Made by a program: the position numbers and the translations under genes
NCBI RefSeq assembly: GCF_036321535.1
Contig: NC_087451.1
Span: forward strand, 54,250,001 to 54,314,000
From: Camelus dromedarius
Lineage: Eukaryota
Length of the DNA: 64,000 nt
Reading direction: 5' to 3'
Notes under the pieces: model-generated
Databases searched by the model: none
What the model was told of the DNA's origin: nothing
The model's input: the letters and a program-made list of their open reading frames with translations, nothing else
Shown: positions 61,701-64,000 of the stretch, piece after piece
Position numbering within the stretch: position 1 is the stretch's first letter
How the letters are laid out: each line of letters starts with the position of its first letter

Positions 61701-64000
61701 GTCTCCCACCTCTATTAATCTCCCCTCCCGAGATCTCTGACCCCAGAAAGCTCCCGATAACCCCGACCCCAGCTAGATCACCGGCCTCCTTCCCCCCATC
61801 TAATTCCCTGGGACTCCAGAATCTAGTAATAGCAACACAGCAGAAACGTCAGAGACAACCACAGTATTTATTCTCTAGGCCGCAGTCCCTCTGCCTTGTT
61901 TGGGGTTTCTCTAACCCATCACCCAGCTCTTTCTGCCTCCAGAGATTCCTTTGGTTGGACCACGCCCCGCCTTGACCTAGGTGCTATGTTCCCTTCTTAA
62001 GGTCTCAGCCTAAATGTCATCTCAGGCCTTACTTGGCCACCTTCTGCAAAGCAGGTTTCCCCTGTTAAGTCTGTGTCTCGCACTCTGTTTATTGACCCCT
62101 TTGCCTCATCACAATCTTGTAATTTTGCATTTGTTTACTTGTTTCCTCAATTAAACTCCATTAAGGCACAACCATGTTCATTCAGCATAGCCAGCAAGCG
62201 GCATGGTGCCTGACATGAGTAGGTATGCTGTAGATATGTGGTTTTTTTGTTTTTGGTGGGTTTTTTTTTTTTGGAGTGAAAAGCCACATTAAATTTATTT
62301 AATGAACTCTGGAAATTTCATGTTTCATATATATGTCACAGTTCCCCAATTACATTTTTTGTTCATATCTTTATTTATTTAAACTTTTTTTATTGAGTTA
62401 TAGTCATTTTACAATGTTGTGTCAAGTTCCAGTGTAGAGCACAATTTTTCAGTTATACATGAACATTCATATATTCAGTCACATTTTTTCCGCTGTGAGC
62501 TACCACAGTATCTTGTATATATTTCCCTGTGCTGTACAGTATTGTTTATCTGTTCTACATAAGGCATGCTGTAGATAAGTGTTTAATGAATGATTTTGAG
62601 TATGTAATATAGGCCAGACACAGTAACAGAGACATGTATTATTTCGTTTAAACCTTGAAAGCATCCTAAGAAGAAGGCATTATCTTCCCCTCCTTACAGG
62701 TGGAGAAATTCAAGTTTAGATCAGTTGAGTGACTGGTCAAGGTTATAGCTTGTGAGTGGCAGAAGAGAGATTAAAATCTGGATTCATGCATGTCAGTTAT
62801 ATCTCAATAAAACTAGAAAACATTTTGAAAAATGTGGTTCCATCCGATCTAAAGCTTTGTTTTTAAGAGTTAGGTTTTGTGGCCACTGGCAAAAAACCTC
62901 TCACCCCAGCAAATCTCCATGGTCTCTGACCGATAGAGCCACCTTCTGGCTGAACCTTTTCCTGAGATCCCATCCCAGTCTTGGGAAGGGCTGAAAGGGG
63001 GAAGCTCTAGTTTGGGTCCTTTAGTTGAGAATGAAGGGGTCACTTTGGCTTATGGCTTTCGAGTGGCTCCCTTGTCTTCTGAAAGGTGCTCTCCAGCAAT
63101 GCCTGTAAACAAGAAGCATGGAGAGAGGGAGCTGTGAGGACAGTGTAACTTGTCCCTCTTCAAATCATGGGAGAAGGAGCAATGCCTAGAGTGGTGGTTC
63201 TCAGACTTTAGCTGGCATCGGCATCACCTGGAGGGCTTGTTTCACACTATTAAAAATTGACACAACATTGTAAACTGACTATAACTCAATAAAATAAAAT
63301 TTAAAAACACAAACAAACAAACAAACAAACAAAAACACTATTAGCCAGCCTCCGATCATATTGGTTTGAGGGTGATGGTGGTACACACTTTGAAAACTAC
63401 TGGTTCAAACCAGGGGTTGGCAAATTATGGCAGGGCTGGTCACCATCTTTGATACATACAGTTATACTGGAACACAGCCACGTCTGTTTATTTACATATT
63501 GTCTGTGGCTGCTTCCATGATACAATGGCAGAGTTGAGTAGTAATGACAGACCATGTGGCTCTTAAACTTAACATTTTTACTGTTTGGTCATTTAAGAAA
63601 AAGTTTGCTCAACTCTCTCCTCCTTTTAAAAATGTATTCAAAATACTTTCTCCTTTGTTGTTCTCATTTTTCCCTCATCTCTGCATAAAAAAGTGCTGGA
63701 GAAATGGGAGCCTTCAAGGATCAAGCAACTGAGCTAAGGTTACCCATTAAAGAGAAGAGAATATTTGGGAATTCAGGATTTCTAGCAGACAAATTCCTTG
63801 TCCCACTCAGTGCTGAGGCTAGCTCTGTGGGCTGTGGTTGTCTCTTCCCAGAGGATGGGATTTTTCCCTTTCCAGGGCAGACTAAGGTCTCCAAGAGACT
63901 GCATCTCACCATATTGTCGTTTCTCCTCCCAGGCCGGCTGCCCACCCTCCAGACTGTCTGCTATGGCTCCAAGGCCGTTACCCGCCACCGTCGTGTGATG
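61597..64000 (+). CDS. MRPL10: 39S mitochondrial ribosomal protein L10 (uL10m), partial; coding exons 61597-61648 and 63933-64000 (runs off the window)
   Basis: [18 protein letters not shown]|[22 protein letters not shown]; donor G|GTAAGG at 61648 and acceptor CAG|GC at 63932/63933 are in phase. Confidence 0.95.
62350..62555 (-). mobile_element. Young L1 3'-end fragment, MRPL10 intron 1
   Basis: ttttattgagttatagtcattttacaatgttgtgtcaagttccagtgtagagcac...atatttccctgtgctgtacag, a reverse L1 3' UTR. Confidence 0.8.
63190..63410. mobile_element. MER5A-like relic with a nested, highly truncated L1 tail (63253-63334)
   Basis: MER5A-like ends (gtggttctcagacttt...; acactttgaaaactactg). The insert ttgacacaacattgtaaactgactataactcaataaaa plus an (AAAC)n tail is flanked by ACACTATTA at 63244-63252 and 63335-63343. 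Confidence 0.65.
63410..63620 (+). mobile_element. MER58A-like hAT-Charlie DNA transposon relic
   Basis: caggggttggcaaattatggc...ggaacacagccac...tatttacatattgtctgtggctgct...caatggcagagttgagtagt...aaaaagtttgc matches the MER58A consensus as recalled. Confidence 0.8.

Overview
Mammalian genomic DNA, probably a camelid judging by tRNA-Ala-derived (Vic-1-like) SINEs, with six short assembly gaps. It is the conserved SP2-SP6-SCRN2-LRRC46-MRPL10 block. SP2 (-) is represented only by its promoter and intron 1, inferred from gene order; exon 1 probably lies in the gap at 7304-7451. About 30 kb of repeat-studded regulatory DNA follows. Then come SP6/epiprofin (+, single coding exon, most of the zinc-finger region in a gap), complete SCRN2 (+, 7 coding exons, 425 aa), complete LRRC46 (-, 8 coding exons, 323 aa) and the first two coding exons of MRPL10 (+). 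I found no new protein-coding gene, CRISPR array or clearly novel system; the other ORF-track entries look like GC-rich noise. The best leads are regulatory: (1) alternative SP6 first exons that would give no uORF, a short uORF, or a start-overlapping uORF; (2) an orphan CpG island with splice donors on both strands; (3) an LRRC46/MRPL10 bidirectional promoter split into an RFX/MYB half and an NRF1/GABP half; (4) a Cys where I recall a conserved Arg at the MRPL10 presequence cleavage site. Ortholog comparisons are from memory and repeat boundaries are approximate; both need database confirmation.
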